From: Candidatus Calditenuaceae archaeon HR02
GTDB lineage: Archaea; Thermoproteota; Nitrososphaeria_A; Caldarchaeales; Calditenuaceae
Assembly (NCBI GenBank): GCA_002898395.1
Contig: BEHE01000004.1
Span: 1 to 64,000, forward strand
Direction of reading: 5' to 3'
Length of the DNA: 64,000 nt
The notes under the pieces are model-generated. The model ran no database searches and was not told where the DNA came from. It saw nothing but the letters and a program-made list of their open reading frames with translations. The translations under genes and the position numbers were made by a program. Each line of letters begins with the position of its first letter. Positions within the stretch are counted from its first letter, which is position 1. Of this stretch, positions 20,034 to 30,687 are shown one piece after another.

Positions 20034-21084
20034 AGGAGGGAAAGTAAAGAGGCTGGGTGTCTCTGTTCCAGTGATTTATGCCGAGAAGGCTAGAGGGATC
20101 TTAAAGGAGAGGTCTGCAATAGATCCCTCTCTCAAGCCCCTGAGGATCGATGACAGAGTAGTGTTCCCCCTCAAACAAGATCTTCCCTCTCTAGAGGGGG
20201 CCGCTATACCCGGGCTGGAGTGTAAGCTGGTGTGGGAAGAGTTTCAGGAGAGGCACCTAACACCACGAAGCATTAGAGAGGCGCTTTCAGGGATAATAAG
20301 TGGCGAACTCCTGAAAAAGCTTCCCTCATCCTACGACATCGTAGGCGACATAGCGGTAGTGCATATACCTGAGGGTCTTGAGACGCTAGGAGGGCAGATA
20401 GGCGAGGCGATAATTCGGGTTAACCCGTCGGTAAAAGTTGTACTCGGCAAGGCAGGCCCTGTAACAGGAGTCTACAGGACGCAGAGACTCATACACCTCG
20501 CCGGAGAGGTGCGAACAGTTACGACCCACAAGGAGCACGGATGCATCTTCCAAGTGGACCTGGAGAAGGTCTATTTCAACCCGCGGCTGGCCGGTGAGAG
20601 GATGAGGATCGCGAGACTGACGAGGAGCGATGAGGTTGTTGCGGACATGTTCGCTGGTGTTGGACCATTTGCGATAGCGATAGCGAAACATGCCGGAGCC
20701 AGGGTTTTTGCCTCTGAGATCAACCCGGACGCCTATGGCTTACTGGTGAAGAACATCCAGATCAACAAGCTTACAGGTCGCGTGGTACCATTGTTTGGCG
20801 ACTGCAGGACGGCATACACTAACAACCAGATTAGAGCCGACCGTGTAGTCATGAACTATCCCTCAGACCCTCTAAGCTTCCTCGACACAGCCCTCAGAAT
20901 CCTCCGCGGACGGGGCGTGGTTCACCTTTACGGCTTCGCAAAAGACCCTGAAGAATTGCGCCCAAAAATCGTGGAGAGGGTTACAGAGTTTGGAGCTACT
21001 TGCGACCTAATGATCAATAAGCTCAAACCGGTCTCCCCGAGTAGGAGCCTCGTAGTAGCTGATATTGAGGTCTGTACATCCTAG
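20026..21084 (+). CDS. trm5: tRNA (guanine-37-N1) methyltransferase Trm5 / Taw22 family
   Basis: SYDIVGDIA, VYFNPRL, DMFAGVGPF, DRVVMNYP. Confidence 0.88.
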   Translation: MLKGGKVKRLGVSVPVIYAEKARGILKERSAIDPSLKPLRIDDRVVFPLKQDLPSLEGAAIPGLECKLVWEEFQERHLTPRSIREALSGIISGELLKKLPSSYDIVGDIAVVHIPEGLETLGGQIGEAIIRVNPSVKVVLGKAGPVTGVYRTQRLIHLAGEVRTVTTHKEHGCIFQVDLEKVYFNPRLAGERMRIARLTRSDEVVADMFAGVGPFAIAIAKHAGARVFASEINPDAYGLLVKNIQINKLTGRVVPLFGDCRTAYTNNQIRADRVVMNYPSDPLSFLDTALRILRGRGVVHLYGFAKDPEELRPKIVERVTEFGATCDLMINKLKPVSPSRSLVVADIEVCTS

Positions 21085-21161
21085 CCGATAGGGGCCGGCT
21101 ATCCCGGCTGGCAGGGAAAGGTTTATTCATCTAGGAGCACAGCGTAATACCTAGATGTGGT

Positions 21162-22199
21162 TTGGGCGTAAAGCTTGGAGATCTGATACCGCAGGTGGCA
21201 GTCCAGACAGTCCAGCTTAGCGATTTAGCCGGGAAAGTAATCGCCATAGACGGCTACAATATACTCTACCAGTTCCTCTCAATAATCAGGGGCCCTGACG
21301 GGAGACCGCTTCAGGACCGGAAAGGGCGCGTAACCAGCCACCTCAGCGGCCTCTTCTTCAGAACGGCGAACTTCATAAAAAACGGCGTAAAAGTCGTCTA
21401 CGTCTTTGACGGCCAGCCACCACACCTTAAGAGAGAGACCATACGGAAGAGGATTGAGCTGAGGGAGAGGGCTAAAAAGATGTATGAGGCGGCCTTGGCG
21501 GCAGGCGAGGTGGAGGAGGCGAGGAAGTACGCCACCCAGTCAGCTACCCTAGAAAAATACATGGTCGAAACCGCTATACAACTATTGGACGCGATGGGTG
21601 TTCCCTCGCTGATAGCGCCCTCTGAGGGAGAGGCTCAGGCAGCGTATATGGCTATGCGTGGAGATGCCTGGGCCTCAGCCTCACAGGACTACGACTCCAT
21701 ACTATTCGGAACACCCCGTCTCGTGCGAAACCTCTCAATAGTTGGGAGAAGAAAGCTTCCGAAGAAAGACGAATACGTGACAGTTGAGCCGGAGGTCGTT
21801 TACTCTGACAAGCTCTTCAGCTCGCTGGGTGTGGGTAGAAGAGAGTTAATCGAGATGGCTATACTGATAGGTACTGACTACTTTGAGGGAGTAAAGGGCA
21901 TAGGACCGAAGAAGGCCTACGAGCTTGTAAAGGAGCTCGGATCGGTAGAAAAGGTATTAGCGTCGCTCAACAAGCCTATCGAAATAGACATCGACGCGGT
22001 GAGGCAGCTCTTCCTCGAGCCCGAAGTAAAAAAGGACTACGAGCTGGTTTGGCGCGACATTAACAGGGAGGCAGTACTCAAGGTTCTGTGCGACGAGCAC
22101 GACTTCTCCCCCGAGAGGGTTGAGAAGGAGCTCAACGAGGTCGAGATGGCCGTATCTGAGAAAAAGAAGGTAACATCCCTCGACCGCTGGCTACTCTAA
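21162..22199 (+). CDS. fen: Flap endonuclease 1
   Basis: MGV start, APSEGEAQAA, SQDYD, GTDY..GVKGIGPK, C-terminal PIP-like TSLDRW. Confidence 0.98.
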   Translation: MGVKLGDLIPQVAVQTVQLSDLAGKVIAIDGYNILYQFLSIIRGPDGRPLQDRKGRVTSHLSGLFFRTANFIKNGVKVVYVFDGQPPHLKRETIRKRIELRERAKKMYEAALAAGEVEEARKYATQSATLEKYMVETAIQLLDAMGVPSLIAPSEGEAQAAYMAMRGDAWASASQDYDSILFGTPRLVRNLSIVGRRKLPKKDEYVTVEPEVVYSDKLFSSLGVGRRELIEMAILIGTDYFEGVKGIGPKKAYELVKELGSVEKVLASLNKPIEIDIDAVRQLFLEPEVKKDYELVWRDINREAVLKVLCDEHDFSPERVEKELNEVEMAVSEKKKVTSLDRWLL

Positions 22200-22203
22200 A
22201 AGA

Positions 22204-22407
22204 CTATTCAAGAAGCACGATAAGCCTCCTCTCCTCGTCGAGGCTGTGAACTCTTACGAGACCCCGTACCTCAAGCACAATTAGCGCCTCTCTAAGTTCC
22301 TTAGCGCTAGTCACCCTCCCCCGAGTATTCAGAGCCTCCAATAGGGCGGACTCCATCATCTTCCTATTGTTACGCCTCAAAACCTCGACCACGTCCTGTG
22401 GGTCCAT
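22204..22407 (-). CDS. Small winged-helix hypothetical protein downstream of cdc48
   Basis: ELREALIVLEVRGLVRV recognition-helix/wing pattern. Confidence 0.7.
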   Translation of the reverse strand: MDPQDVVEVLRRNNRKMMESALLEALNTRGRVTSAKELREALIVLEVRGLVRVHSLDEERRLIVLLE

Positions 22408-22415
22408 AATAGCGA

Positions 22416-24605
22416 CTATCCAAACATTGGGAGGGCCTTTTCAGTGCCGCGCAGGTGTTCCGAGACCTTCTCATACTCTTTGAGCATGTTCGGAGTTATG
22501 CTCGGCTTCACAGCCTTCAAAGCCTCTTGGAAGTCGCTCCACGACACCTGCTGGACATCCCTATCTCTCCTCAATGCAGACATGGCAGCCTCCCTGCAGA
22601 GGGACTCTAAATCAGCCCCTGAATATCCCTCAGTCATGGCTGCTAGTTTCCTCAGGTCAACATCCGCGGCCAGAGGCATTGAGCGCGTATATATTCTGAG
22701 TATCTCGTACCTCCCCTTATCGTCGGGGGGTGGAACATAGATTAGCCTGTCAAACCTTCCAGGCCGCAGTATTGAGGGGTCCATAAGGTCTGGTCTGTTC
22801 GTGGCCCCAATCACCACTACTTCCCGCAGCTCCTCTATGCCGTCCATCTCTGCCAGTAGCTGGCTAGCCACTCTATGGGTCACGCCAGAGCTATCATCCA
22901 AGATATCCTTCCTAGGCGCTATCGTCTCTATCTCGTCTAGGAATACAATGCAGGGTGCCGCCTGCCTAGCTTTCCTGAATACCTCCCTTATCGCCTTCTC
23001 AGACTCACCCACCCACTTTGAATATATCTCCGGGCCCTTAATGGTGACGAAGTTCGCCTCGGCCTCAGTAGCTATAGCCTTCGCAAGGAGTGTCTTGCCA
23101 CAGCCCGGTGGCCCGTAAAGAAGTATCCCCTTAGGAGGCTTGATACCAAGCCTCTCAAACCTGTCAGGATACTTTAGCGGCCACTCAATTGCCTCCACCA
23201 ACCTCTGCTTCACCTCTGACAAGCCGCCCACGTCCTCCCAGCGGACCGTAGGCGTCTCAATTTCAACCTCCCTCAAGGCGGTCGGAGTAATCTCCCTATA
23301 AGCCTCGTGGAAATCTCTCATCGTAACTTCCAGCGAGTTAAGTATCTCAGGAGATATCCTCTCCTCATTGAAGTCAATGCTCGGAAGTATTCTTCTGATA
23401 CACTTCATGGCAGCCTCCCTACATAGTGCGGCGATGTCGGCGCCAGTGTATCCCTTCGTCATCTCGGCAAGCTTGTCAAGGTCAACGTCAGAGGCCAGGG
23501 GCATGCCTCTCGTGTGGATCTGAAGTATCTCCCTCCGCCCCCGCTTATCAGGTATACCGATCTCTATCTCCCTATCAAAGCGTCCAGGTCTCCTCAGAGC
23601 CGGGTCCAGCGCGTTGGGGCGGTTAGTCGCGCCAATTACTATCACCTGACCCCTGCTCTCAAGACCGTCCATCAGGGCTAGGAGCTGGGCAACAACCCTC
23701 TTCTCCACCTCCCCTGTAACCTCACTTCTCTTCGGTGCGATTGCGTCTATCTCGTCGATGAATATTATGCTGGGAGCCTCCTCCTCGGCTCTCCTGAAAA
23801 TCTCCCTCAACTTAGCCTCGGTCTCACCATAGTACTTGTTCATTATCTCAGGGCCGTTAATCAGGATGAAGTTAGCCTCAGCCTCCGTTGCCACAGCCTT
23901 GGCTAGAAGAGTCTTACCACAGCCAGGCGGACCGTACAACAACACCCCTTTTGGAGGCTCAATACCGAGCCGCTGGAAGAGCTCAGGGAACCTAAGCGGT
24001 AGCTCAATCATCTCTCTAATCCTCTGTATCTCCTCATCAAGCCCACCGATGTCCTCATATGTCACATGAGTGCTGAGCGACTTCTCCTGCACGGCCCTAC
24101 TCTGGATCACAATTCTAGTGTTAGGGGTAATCTTGACGACCCCAGTAGGCCTAGTCTGAATTACAGCGAAGTTGAAGAGGTTTCCAAAGAAGAGTACTGG
24201 TACGATGTTTTTCTGCACGACAGGGTACTCTATTAGGCGGCTTTTAACAAGCTTCGTAAAGTTTTCATCAGGCTTGATAGTGCTGTTTACTGGGGCGAGC
24301 GTGACAAGCTTAGCCTCCTTAACCTGTGCCTTCCTAACCAGCACATAGTCGTTAAGGGATACGCCTGCATTGTTCCTTATGTAGCCGTCAATTCTGATGA
24401 TGTCCTTCTCCTCCTCAAGATAGCCAAGCCATAATGTTGCAACAGCAAGCTTTTTCCCACGAATCTCGATAACGTCTCCGGTAGCCAGGCCGGCAGAGGC
24501 CCCCACCTCCCTGTCAATCCTAGCTATCCCATATCCCACATCCCTCTGCCTCGCCTCAGCTACTCTCAATCTTAACTCATGAACCGGTTGAATCGAGCTA
24601 CTCAT
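22416..24605 (-). CDS. cdc48: CDC48/VCP AAA+ ATPase
   Basis: N domain plus two AAA modules (GPPGCGKT twice; RRPGRFDR and LRPGRFDR). Confidence 0.97.
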   Translation of the reverse strand: MSSSIQPVHELRLRVAEARQRDVGYGIARIDREVGASAGLATGDVIEIRGKKLAVATLWLGYLEEEKDIIRIDGYIRNNAGVSLNDYVLVRKAQVKEAKLVTLAPVNSTIKPDENFTKLVKSRLIEYPVVQKNIVPVLFFGNLFNFAVIQTRPTGVVKITPNTRIVIQSRAVQEKSLSTHVTYEDIGGLDEEIQRIREMIELPLRFPELFQRLGIEPPKGVLLYGPPGCGKTLLAKAVATEAEANFILINGPEIMNKYYGETEAKLREIFRRAEEEAPSIIFIDEIDAIAPKRSEVTGEVEKRVVAQLLALMDGLESRGQVIVIGATNRPNALDPALRRPGRFDREIEIGIPDKRGRREILQIHTRGMPLASDVDLDKLAEMTKGYTGADIAALCREAAMKCIRRILPSIDFNEERISPEILNSLEVTMRDFHEAYREITPTALREVEIETPTVRWEDVGGLSEVKQRLVEAIEWPLKYPDRFERLGIKPPKGILLYGPPGCGKTLLAKAIATEAEANFVTIKGPEIYSKWVGESEKAIREVFRKARQAAPCIVFLDEIETIAPRKDILDDSSGVTHRVASQLLAEMDGIEELREVVVIGATNRPDLMDPSILRPGRFDRLIYVPPPDDKGRYEILRIYTRSMPLAADVDLRKLAAMTEGYSGADLESLCREAAMSALRRDRDVQQVSWSDFQEALKAVKPSITPNMLKEYEKVSEHLRGTEKALPMFG

Positions 24606-24687
24606 CGACTCAATCCCAGGATGTAGAGGGGTTTATTTAAGTTGTCCTTCAAAACAAGCTATAGATTATCAAGTTGATGCCACTCAT

Positions 24688-25953
24688 TTAAAAGACCAGC
24701 ATCTCCGGCTCAATCTTCCTATCCTTGATCCCTAGTAGGGTTGAGGGGACCTTTACGCCACCGTAAAGCTCGACCTCGCCCTGATCAAGGGCTAGCGCAG
24801 CAGCTATCCTTCCTAGGGAGTCCGCCTTCATGACGCCGCTGCCACTTCCCCCTGTCGCAACGACCAGGTTCATTACACGGAAAGCCACGGGGTTCTCATC
24901 GATTGTGTTGATAGAGTAGCAGCCGGCCCACTTTGACTGCGGCCTCACACCCTCAATTACTGGGAAAATCTTCCTCAGAAGCGGGTAAACATTATCATAG
25001 AAGAAGAGGTCCTCCGCCTCGAAGTCCAGGCCCCATCGACGGCCAATATCGTCACTCAGCCCCATCCAAAGGCTCCTTTCCCTGATTCGGGGCGCAACAA
25101 ATGGCCCCCTCGGAATAAATGTCATGGGCATTGAATTGAAATCATTGAATCCCTCAACATTGAAGAAGGACTCAAGTCTTCCGCGGGCAGGGGAGGCGAA
25201 GATTTGCCTCTTTTTGGGCTTAATGTAAGAGTCAATCCCCAACGGGTCTAGTAATTCTTGACTCCAGGCCCCGGCAGCAAGGATAAACCGCTCAGCCTCG
25301 ATCGCACCCTTTGACGTCTCTACCGACTCTATCTTCTTCTCCTGCCAGGCGAAGGGCTCCCTTGGGTGGCCAATCTTGTTCACGGCCGCCAGCCGCAGCT
25401 TCTCTACCCTCGTGTTAAAGAGAAATTCCACCCCCGCACCCACCAGTTTCTCGTAATAGAACTTGGCTAGTTTCTCAACGTCCAAATAACCACTCTGGGG
25501 GGAGAATATGGCGCCCTTAATCGGCCTCAGCTCCAAGAGTCTGGACTCCTCGTCATCGAGGTCAAGCTCGATAAACCCTATCCTTTTCTTCAACTCATCC
25601 TTAGAGAGAAGAATCGCGGTCCCCGCATCAAGGAGCTCACGAACACGCTCCACATACTGCTCATATTTTGAAATGTCTAACAGGATTAGGTAGCCCAGCT
25701 GGTGTATTCCAAGGTCATAGCCACTCTTCTGGACATCCAAGTAAAACTTGACCGTAGTCTCAGAAATAATCCTGTTAACACGAGAGGTGAACAGCCCCAT
25801 ACGGAAGCCGCCAACACTCCTAGCAGTATTCCCCTGAGCTGGGCCACCGTTAGCGTCAATGACCAACACCCTACCACCCCCACACCTCACAAAATGGTAG
25901 GCCGAGGTCAAACCCACTATCCCCGCACCAACCACCACAAGACCATACACCAT
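24688..25953 (-). CDS. FAD-dependent oxidoreductase (DAO / sarcosine oxidase / proline dehydrogenase-like)
   Basis: VVGAGIVG Rossmann motif, AAGAWS, GGSGSGVMKAD. Confidence 0.9.
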   Translation of the reverse strand: MVYGLVVVGAGIVGLTSAYHFVRCGGGRVLVIDANGGPAQGNTARSVGGFRMGLFTSRVNRIISETTVKFYLDVQKSGYDLGIHQLGYLILLDISKYEQYVERVRELLDAGTAILLSKDELKKRIGFIELDLDDEESRLLELRPIKGAIFSPQSGYLDVEKLAKFYYEKLVGAGVEFLFNTRVEKLRLAAVNKIGHPREPFAWQEKKIESVETSKGAIEAERFILAAGAWSQELLDPLGIDSYIKPKKRQIFASPARGRLESFFNVEGFNDFNSMPMTFIPRGPFVAPRIRERSLWMGLSDDIGRRWGLDFEAEDLFFYDNVYPLLRKIFPVIEGVRPQSKWAGCYSINTIDENPVAFRVMNLVVATGGSGSGVMKADSLGRIAAALALDQGEVELYGGVKVPSTLLGIKDRKIEPEMLVF

Positions 25954-26189
25954 CTACAAGCACCAACCACGTTCAAAAACAATAACATACACTAAAATAT
26001 TTTCTTAAACCCCCACTTACACATCCAAACCGTATAAACCGAGTCCCCGCTTCATACAGCAATCCGGTCCCAAAAAGATACTTAGAGATGAGATTACTCT
26101 ACTGAATAAACTATAATCCTCAACCCTTTTTGTAAATCACAACATTCACTGAAAAGAGATATATAGGGCGAGACCTTTTTCTAAAACAC

Positions 26190-27869
26190 ATGACAGCCGG
26201 TAGAACTAGTGGTAAAGGAAGGAGGACACTAGTTATTGCTGCCATAGTCGTCGTGATAGCTGTTATTGCAGCGGTAGGATTCATTCTCACAGGCACAACA
26301 CTAACTGGGCAGATCACCCCACCCCGCGAGAGGCTACTGAGAGTCTCTTTCGCCAATGTGCCTTACATGGATCCCGCTGTGGGCTCAGATGAGGCAAGCT
26401 CGGTATATTTCCTCAATGTCTATGACACATTAGTGTATCCCAATAAAGACGGGACGGTCAAGCCACACGGAGCAGAAAAATGGGAGGTGTCCGCGGATGG
26501 GATGGTATGGAAATTCACCTTGAGGAAGGGAATAAAGTTCCATAGCGGGCGAGAACTAAAGGCACAGGACGTTATCTTCTCCTTGAAAAGGATGATAACG
26601 ATAGGTGAGGGCTACGGCTACTTATTCAAACCATACGTCGACCTAGAAAAGACAGTGGCGCTGGACGATTATACAGTTCAGATAACCCTCACGAAGCCAT
26701 TCGGCCCATTCCTCATCACTCTAGTGCGGCTCTATATTGTCGATAGCGAACTTGTGAAGCAGCATATAGCTGAAGGCCCCTACGGCGAGATGGGAGACTA
26801 CGGTAAAAACTGGTTGATGGCAGGTGAGCAAGATGCTGGGTCAGGACCGTACAAGCTACTCGAGCATAAGAGAGGGGAGTCTGTGACTCTCGTAAAGTTT
26901 GATGGATACTGGGGTGACACCGCACCAAACTCCCCAACTAAAGTAATAATGTATGGCTTCACAGAGCCCACCACGATAAGAGCTATGATTGAGAAGAGAC
27001 AGCTGGAGGTAACTGACCAGTGGCAACCATTGGAAAACTACGACGCGATGGCCAAAATACCAGGCGTTAAGATCGCTAAAGTACCCTCAGCGATGATCTT
27101 CTACATCATGCTCCACACCCAGAAACCTCCAACAGACGACGTGCATGTCAGGAGGGCAATCACACTCGCATTCGACTATGAAACGGCCATAAAAGATATA
27201 ATGCCGTTCGAGAAGCGTCCTTCAGGCCCTGTCCCAAGCATGCTTCCGGGAGCAGATCCAACGAGAAAACCCATTGAGAGGAGTATAGCGGTTGCGAAGG
27301 AGGAGCTCATGAAATCAAAGTATTGGGGACAGCTTGACAAGTATCCTATCGAGTTCTGGTGGATTGCTGAGGTCCCGTGGGAGGAGAGGGTCGCGCTGCT
27401 TTTCAAGCTTAACATGGAGGAGATTGGGCTTAAAGTCAACGTAGTGAAGGTCCCCTGGCTCTCAGTAGTAGAGGGTATGACAAAGAAAGAAACAACGCCT
27501 AACGCAGTCTCAATATTTGTAATTGCGCACTACGCGGAAGCGGGTTCTATCCTCACGTCGCGATACCATTCTGCGGCCACTGGGACATGGGAACAAGGTG
27601 AATGGTTAATGAATCCAGAGATTGATAAAATGATAGAGGATGCGCTGGCTACGGTAGATTTTAACCAGCGGATGCAGAAGTACTATGAGATACAGAAAAA
27701 GCTTGATGAGCTGGCTCCCTCAGTATTCGTGTACGAACACGTAGTGCTTAGAGCCTACCAGGCCGACTATATCGACTACCCGGCTGCTAGGGGAGAAGTT
27801 CTTCCTATAGCCGAGTACGAGCTAGATTTCAGATGGTTCCAAGTCTTCCCAGAGAAAATGCCGAAATGA
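26190..27869 (+). CDS. Peptide/nickel ABC transporter substrate-binding protein (family 5)
   Basis: N-terminal TM anchor, YDTLV, LRKGIKFHSG, GSGPYKL. Confidence 0.93.
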   Translation: MTAGRTSGKGRRTLVIAAIVVVIAVIAAVGFILTGTTLTGQITPPRERLLRVSFANVPYMDPAVGSDEASSVYFLNVYDTLVYPNKDGTVKPHGAEKWEVSADGMVWKFTLRKGIKFHSGRELKAQDVIFSLKRMITIGEGYGYLFKPYVDLEKTVALDDYTVQITLTKPFGPFLITLVRLYIVDSELVKQHIAEGPYGEMGDYGKNWLMAGEQDAGSGPYKLLEHKRGESVTLVKFDGYWGDTAPNSPTKVIMYGFTEPTTIRAMIEKRQLEVTDQWQPLENYDAMAKIPGVKIAKVPSAMIFYIMLHTQKPPTDDVHVRRAITLAFDYETAIKDIMPFEKRPSGPVPSMLPGADPTRKPIERSIAVAKEELMKSKYWGQLDKYPIEFWWIAEVPWEERVALLFKLNMEEIGLKVNVVKVPWLSVVEGMTKKETTPNAVSIFVIAHYAEAGSILTSRYHSAATGTWEQGEWLMNPEIDKMIEDALATVDFNQRMQKYYEIQKKLDELAPSVFVYEHVVLRAYQADYIDYPAARGEVLPIAEYELDFRWFQVFPEKMPK

Positions 27870-27922
27870 TGCCATCTACCGAGTCGATATTTATCCCCGA
27901 TATTTTTGCGGGTGGTGTTTAA

Positions 27923-28666
27923 GTGGCAAGAATTTTATTCATAAACCCAGTTGGAACCTCGATATTCGACAAACCTATGAAAGACTATTTAGCGGAATAC
28001 TTAGACCCAACAACGAGACTAGATGTCGTCTCCTTTAAATCTGGTCCACACCACCTCGAATACTACTCATATGACGCATTGATGGTTCCATACATATTGA
28101 AAGAAGTCAAAAAAGCCGAAAGAGATGGATATGACGCCTGTATAATTGGCTGTTTCTACGACCCTGGATTAAGAGAGGCGCGTGAAATAAGCAACCTCGT
28201 CGTAACCGCACCACTTGAGTCATCTACATCACTGGCATTGTCCTTAGGGGATAGGTTCTCGATCATAGTAGGTAGAAAAAAGTGGATTCCGCTGATGATG
28301 AGTAGAGTCAAAGAATATGGTTTAAAGGATAGGCTTGTATCTTTTAAGGACATAGAAATGGGTGTCTATGACCTTCATAAGGATGAGAGTGAAACAGAAA
28401 AGAGGCTCATAGACTCGGTTGAAGCGAGTATCAAGGAGGGGGCGGAAGTAGTAATATTGGGTTGTACAGTCTTTTTCGGATTTTACAAGGTGGTACAAGA
28501 GAAGTTTGGGATACCAGTTATAGATCCTATCATTGCCTCGCTTAAGCATGCCGAACAATATGTTAGGCTTAAAGAACTTTGCGGCTGGGGGCATAGCAGA
28601 AAATACACTTACGAGCCGCCACCGCTATCCGAACTCCAAAAATGGGGCCTATCCGAGCTATTATGA
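27923..28666 (+). CDS. Hydantoin racemase (Asp/Glu/hydantoin racemase family)
   Basis: INPVG, two catalytic Cys (GCFYDPG, LGCT), PVIDP. Confidence 0.9.
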   Translation: MARILFINPVGTSIFDKPMKDYLAEYLDPTTRLDVVSFKSGPHHLEYYSYDALMVPYILKEVKKAERDGYDACIIGCFYDPGLREAREISNLVVTAPLESSTSLALSLGDRFSIIVGRKKWIPLMMSRVKEYGLKDRLVSFKDIEMGVYDLHKDESETEKRLIDSVEASIKEGAEVVILGCTVFFGFYKVVQEKFGIPVIDPIIASLKHAEQYVRLKELCGWGHSRKYTYEPPPLSELQKWGLSELL

Positions 28667-28706
28667 CCAGCCTTCGCAGAAATCGCCATGGGATATTGAG
28701 GCAGAT

Positions 28707-29780
28707 ATGACAAGTCAAGACCCGGAGCCGGATACAGGTCGGTCGAAAATAAGCACAAGACTATCCAATATAGTCTACAACTACTATGTAAGAAAAATAG
28801 CGTACAGCATAATAACACTATTTGGAATATCTATACTTATCTTTATAATTGCGCGCGTTTTACCAGGCGACCCCGCTAGGCTTGCACTAGGCCCTAGGGC
28901 GCCAGAAGACGTCGTAGAACAGTACAGGCAGATGCTCCACCTCCATGAACCCCTTTACATCCAGTATTTTGTATGGCTAACAGACGTCTTCCATGGCAGA
29001 CTGGGAATATCTTTAGTCACATTTAGGGATGTAACTACAGATATCATTGAGTTCCTCCCTGCTACGGTTGAGCTTATAATATTTGCACTTGTAATCGATG
29101 TAATCGGCGCGTTTAGCCTAGGGGTTTTAAGTGGCAGGAGACCTAACTCGGCTGTAGACAACTTTGTGCGCATGTTTGCTTATGCAGGAATTGCAATCCC
29201 CTCTTTTGTCTGGGCAATAATTCTACAGCTAATTCTAGCTAGCTGGCTAGGTGTACTACCTGCCTACGGACGGTTAAGCCTAGGGTACGAAGTGAAGAGG
29301 ATAACGGGGCTTGTCACACTGGATTCCCTGCTTCAGGGTAACATACCCGCATTCTTCGATGCATTAAGCCACCTAATCATACCCTCCCTTGCCCTCGCAA
29401 TAGGTACAATAGCTCAAGAGGCTAGAATTCTAAGAGCAAACTTAATAGAAAATGTAAGCAAAGACTATATTCTGAATATGTATTCTCATGGACTCCCAAC
29501 TTCTCTCGTATTTTTTAAATACGCGTTAAAGCCCTCCATGATTCCTACAGTAACTATAATGACGCTAGACATGGCGTCCCTAATAGGAAATGCATTCCTA
29601 GTCGAGTTCATATTTAATTGGCCCGGTTTGTCGAGATACGGAATAACCGCCATGTTAAGGAAGGACCTAAACGCAATAGTCGGGGTCGTACTGATAATAG
29701 GCCTTGCCTACACCCTCGCCTCCATTGTCATTGATTTGCTCATCTCGAACTTAGATCCACGCATCAAACATAAAAGGTGA
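28707..29780 (+). CDS. Peptide ABC transporter permease (DppB-like)
   Basis: LPGDPA, PATVEL, VEFIFNWPG, LDPRI; start placed at ATG 28707. Confidence 0.92.
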   Translation: MTSQDPEPDTGRSKISTRLSNIVYNYYVRKIAYSIITLFGISILIFIIARVLPGDPARLALGPRAPEDVVEQYRQMLHLHEPLYIQYFVWLTDVFHGRLGISLVTFRDVTTDIIEFLPATVELIIFALVIDVIGAFSLGVLSGRRPNSAVDNFVRMFAYAGIAIPSFVWAIILQLILASWLGVLPAYGRLSLGYEVKRITGLVTLDSLLQGNIPAFFDALSHLIIPSLALAIGTIAQEARILRANLIENVSKDYILNMYSHGLPTSLVFFKYALKPSMIPTVTIMTLDMASLIGNAFLVEFIFNWPGLSRYGITAMLRKDLNAIVGVVLIIGLAYTLASIVIDLLISNLDPRIKHKR

Positions 29781-30685
29781 GGCAAATGAGTATGCCGCTC
29801 GAAGAACAGGAAAAGTATCTCGGAGTTGAGCGACGCGTTAAGAGAGAAAATCTGAGGCGGGTCTGGTTCAAATTTAAAAAAAGTAAACTTTCTCTTATTG
29901 GCTTGGGGCTCGTCAGCCTTCTACTACTCTTTGTTGTGCTGGCAGAATTTATCGCCCCATATCCCGAGCACGCCGGACTGTACATCAATTTTAAGGATGC
30001 CTATAAACCGCCAAGCATGGAGCACCTATTTGGCACTGATATGTATGGGCGAGATGTGCTAAGCCGCGTTATTTTCGGGTTCAGATACGCATTTCTGTTA
30101 ATAGGGATAGTCTTATCGCTGGTTGTGCCTACTGGTGTGGTCTTAGGCCTTATAGCCGGGTACTATAGAGGAACCATAGTAGAGACGATAATCATCAGGT
30201 TATCAGACATATTCATTTCAATACCTTATCTAGTCTTAGCCTTGGCAATCGCCTCTATACTTGAGCCTAATATATACAACGCCATGCTAGCGGTATCGTT
30301 GATGTGGTGGCCCTGGTATGTCAAACTGACCCATTCTGTAACCGCATCTCTTAGGAATGAGCCATTTATCTTGGCGGCTGAGGCGCAAGGCGCCTCCACC
30401 CTGTATATTCTCTTCCGCGAACTACTACCAAATCAGTTAGGCATAATACTTACCAAAGTTACTTTGGACGCTGGCTGGGTTGTACTCATTGGGGCCGCCA
30501 TTAGTTTCGTAGGACTCGGTGCACAGCCACCCACCCCTGATCTAGGCACAATGGTATCAGAATACAGTAAATACCTCCCAAATTATTGGTGGATGAGCAT
30601 GGGCCCCGCCCTCGGCATCATATTGATAATACTCTCATTTAATTTGCTTGGCGACGGTATTAGGGACGTATTTGCAGGTGATTAA
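29777..30685 (+). CDS. Peptide ABC transporter permease (DppC-like)
   Basis: HLFGTDMYGRDVLSR, SFVGLG, FNLLGDGIRD. Confidence 0.94.
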   Translation: MRQMSMPLEEQEKYLGVERRVKRENLRRVWFKFKKSKLSLIGLGLVSLLLLFVVLAEFIAPYPEHAGLYINFKDAYKPPSMEHLFGTDMYGRDVLSRVIFGFRYAFLLIGIVLSLVVPTGVVLGLIAGYYRGTIVETIIIRLSDIFISIPYLVLALAIASILEPNIYNAMLAVSLMWWPWYVKLTHSVTASLRNEPFILAAEAQGASTLYILFRELLPNQLGIILTKVTLDAGWVVLIGAAISFVGLGAQPPTPDLGTMVSEYSKYLPNYWWMSMGPALGIILIILSFNLLGDGIRDVFAGD

Positions 30686-30687
30686 GC

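Noticed and set aside
21085-21110. Short hairpin between trm5 and fen
   Set aside because: Short and imperfect; not enough support to call a terminator or RNA.
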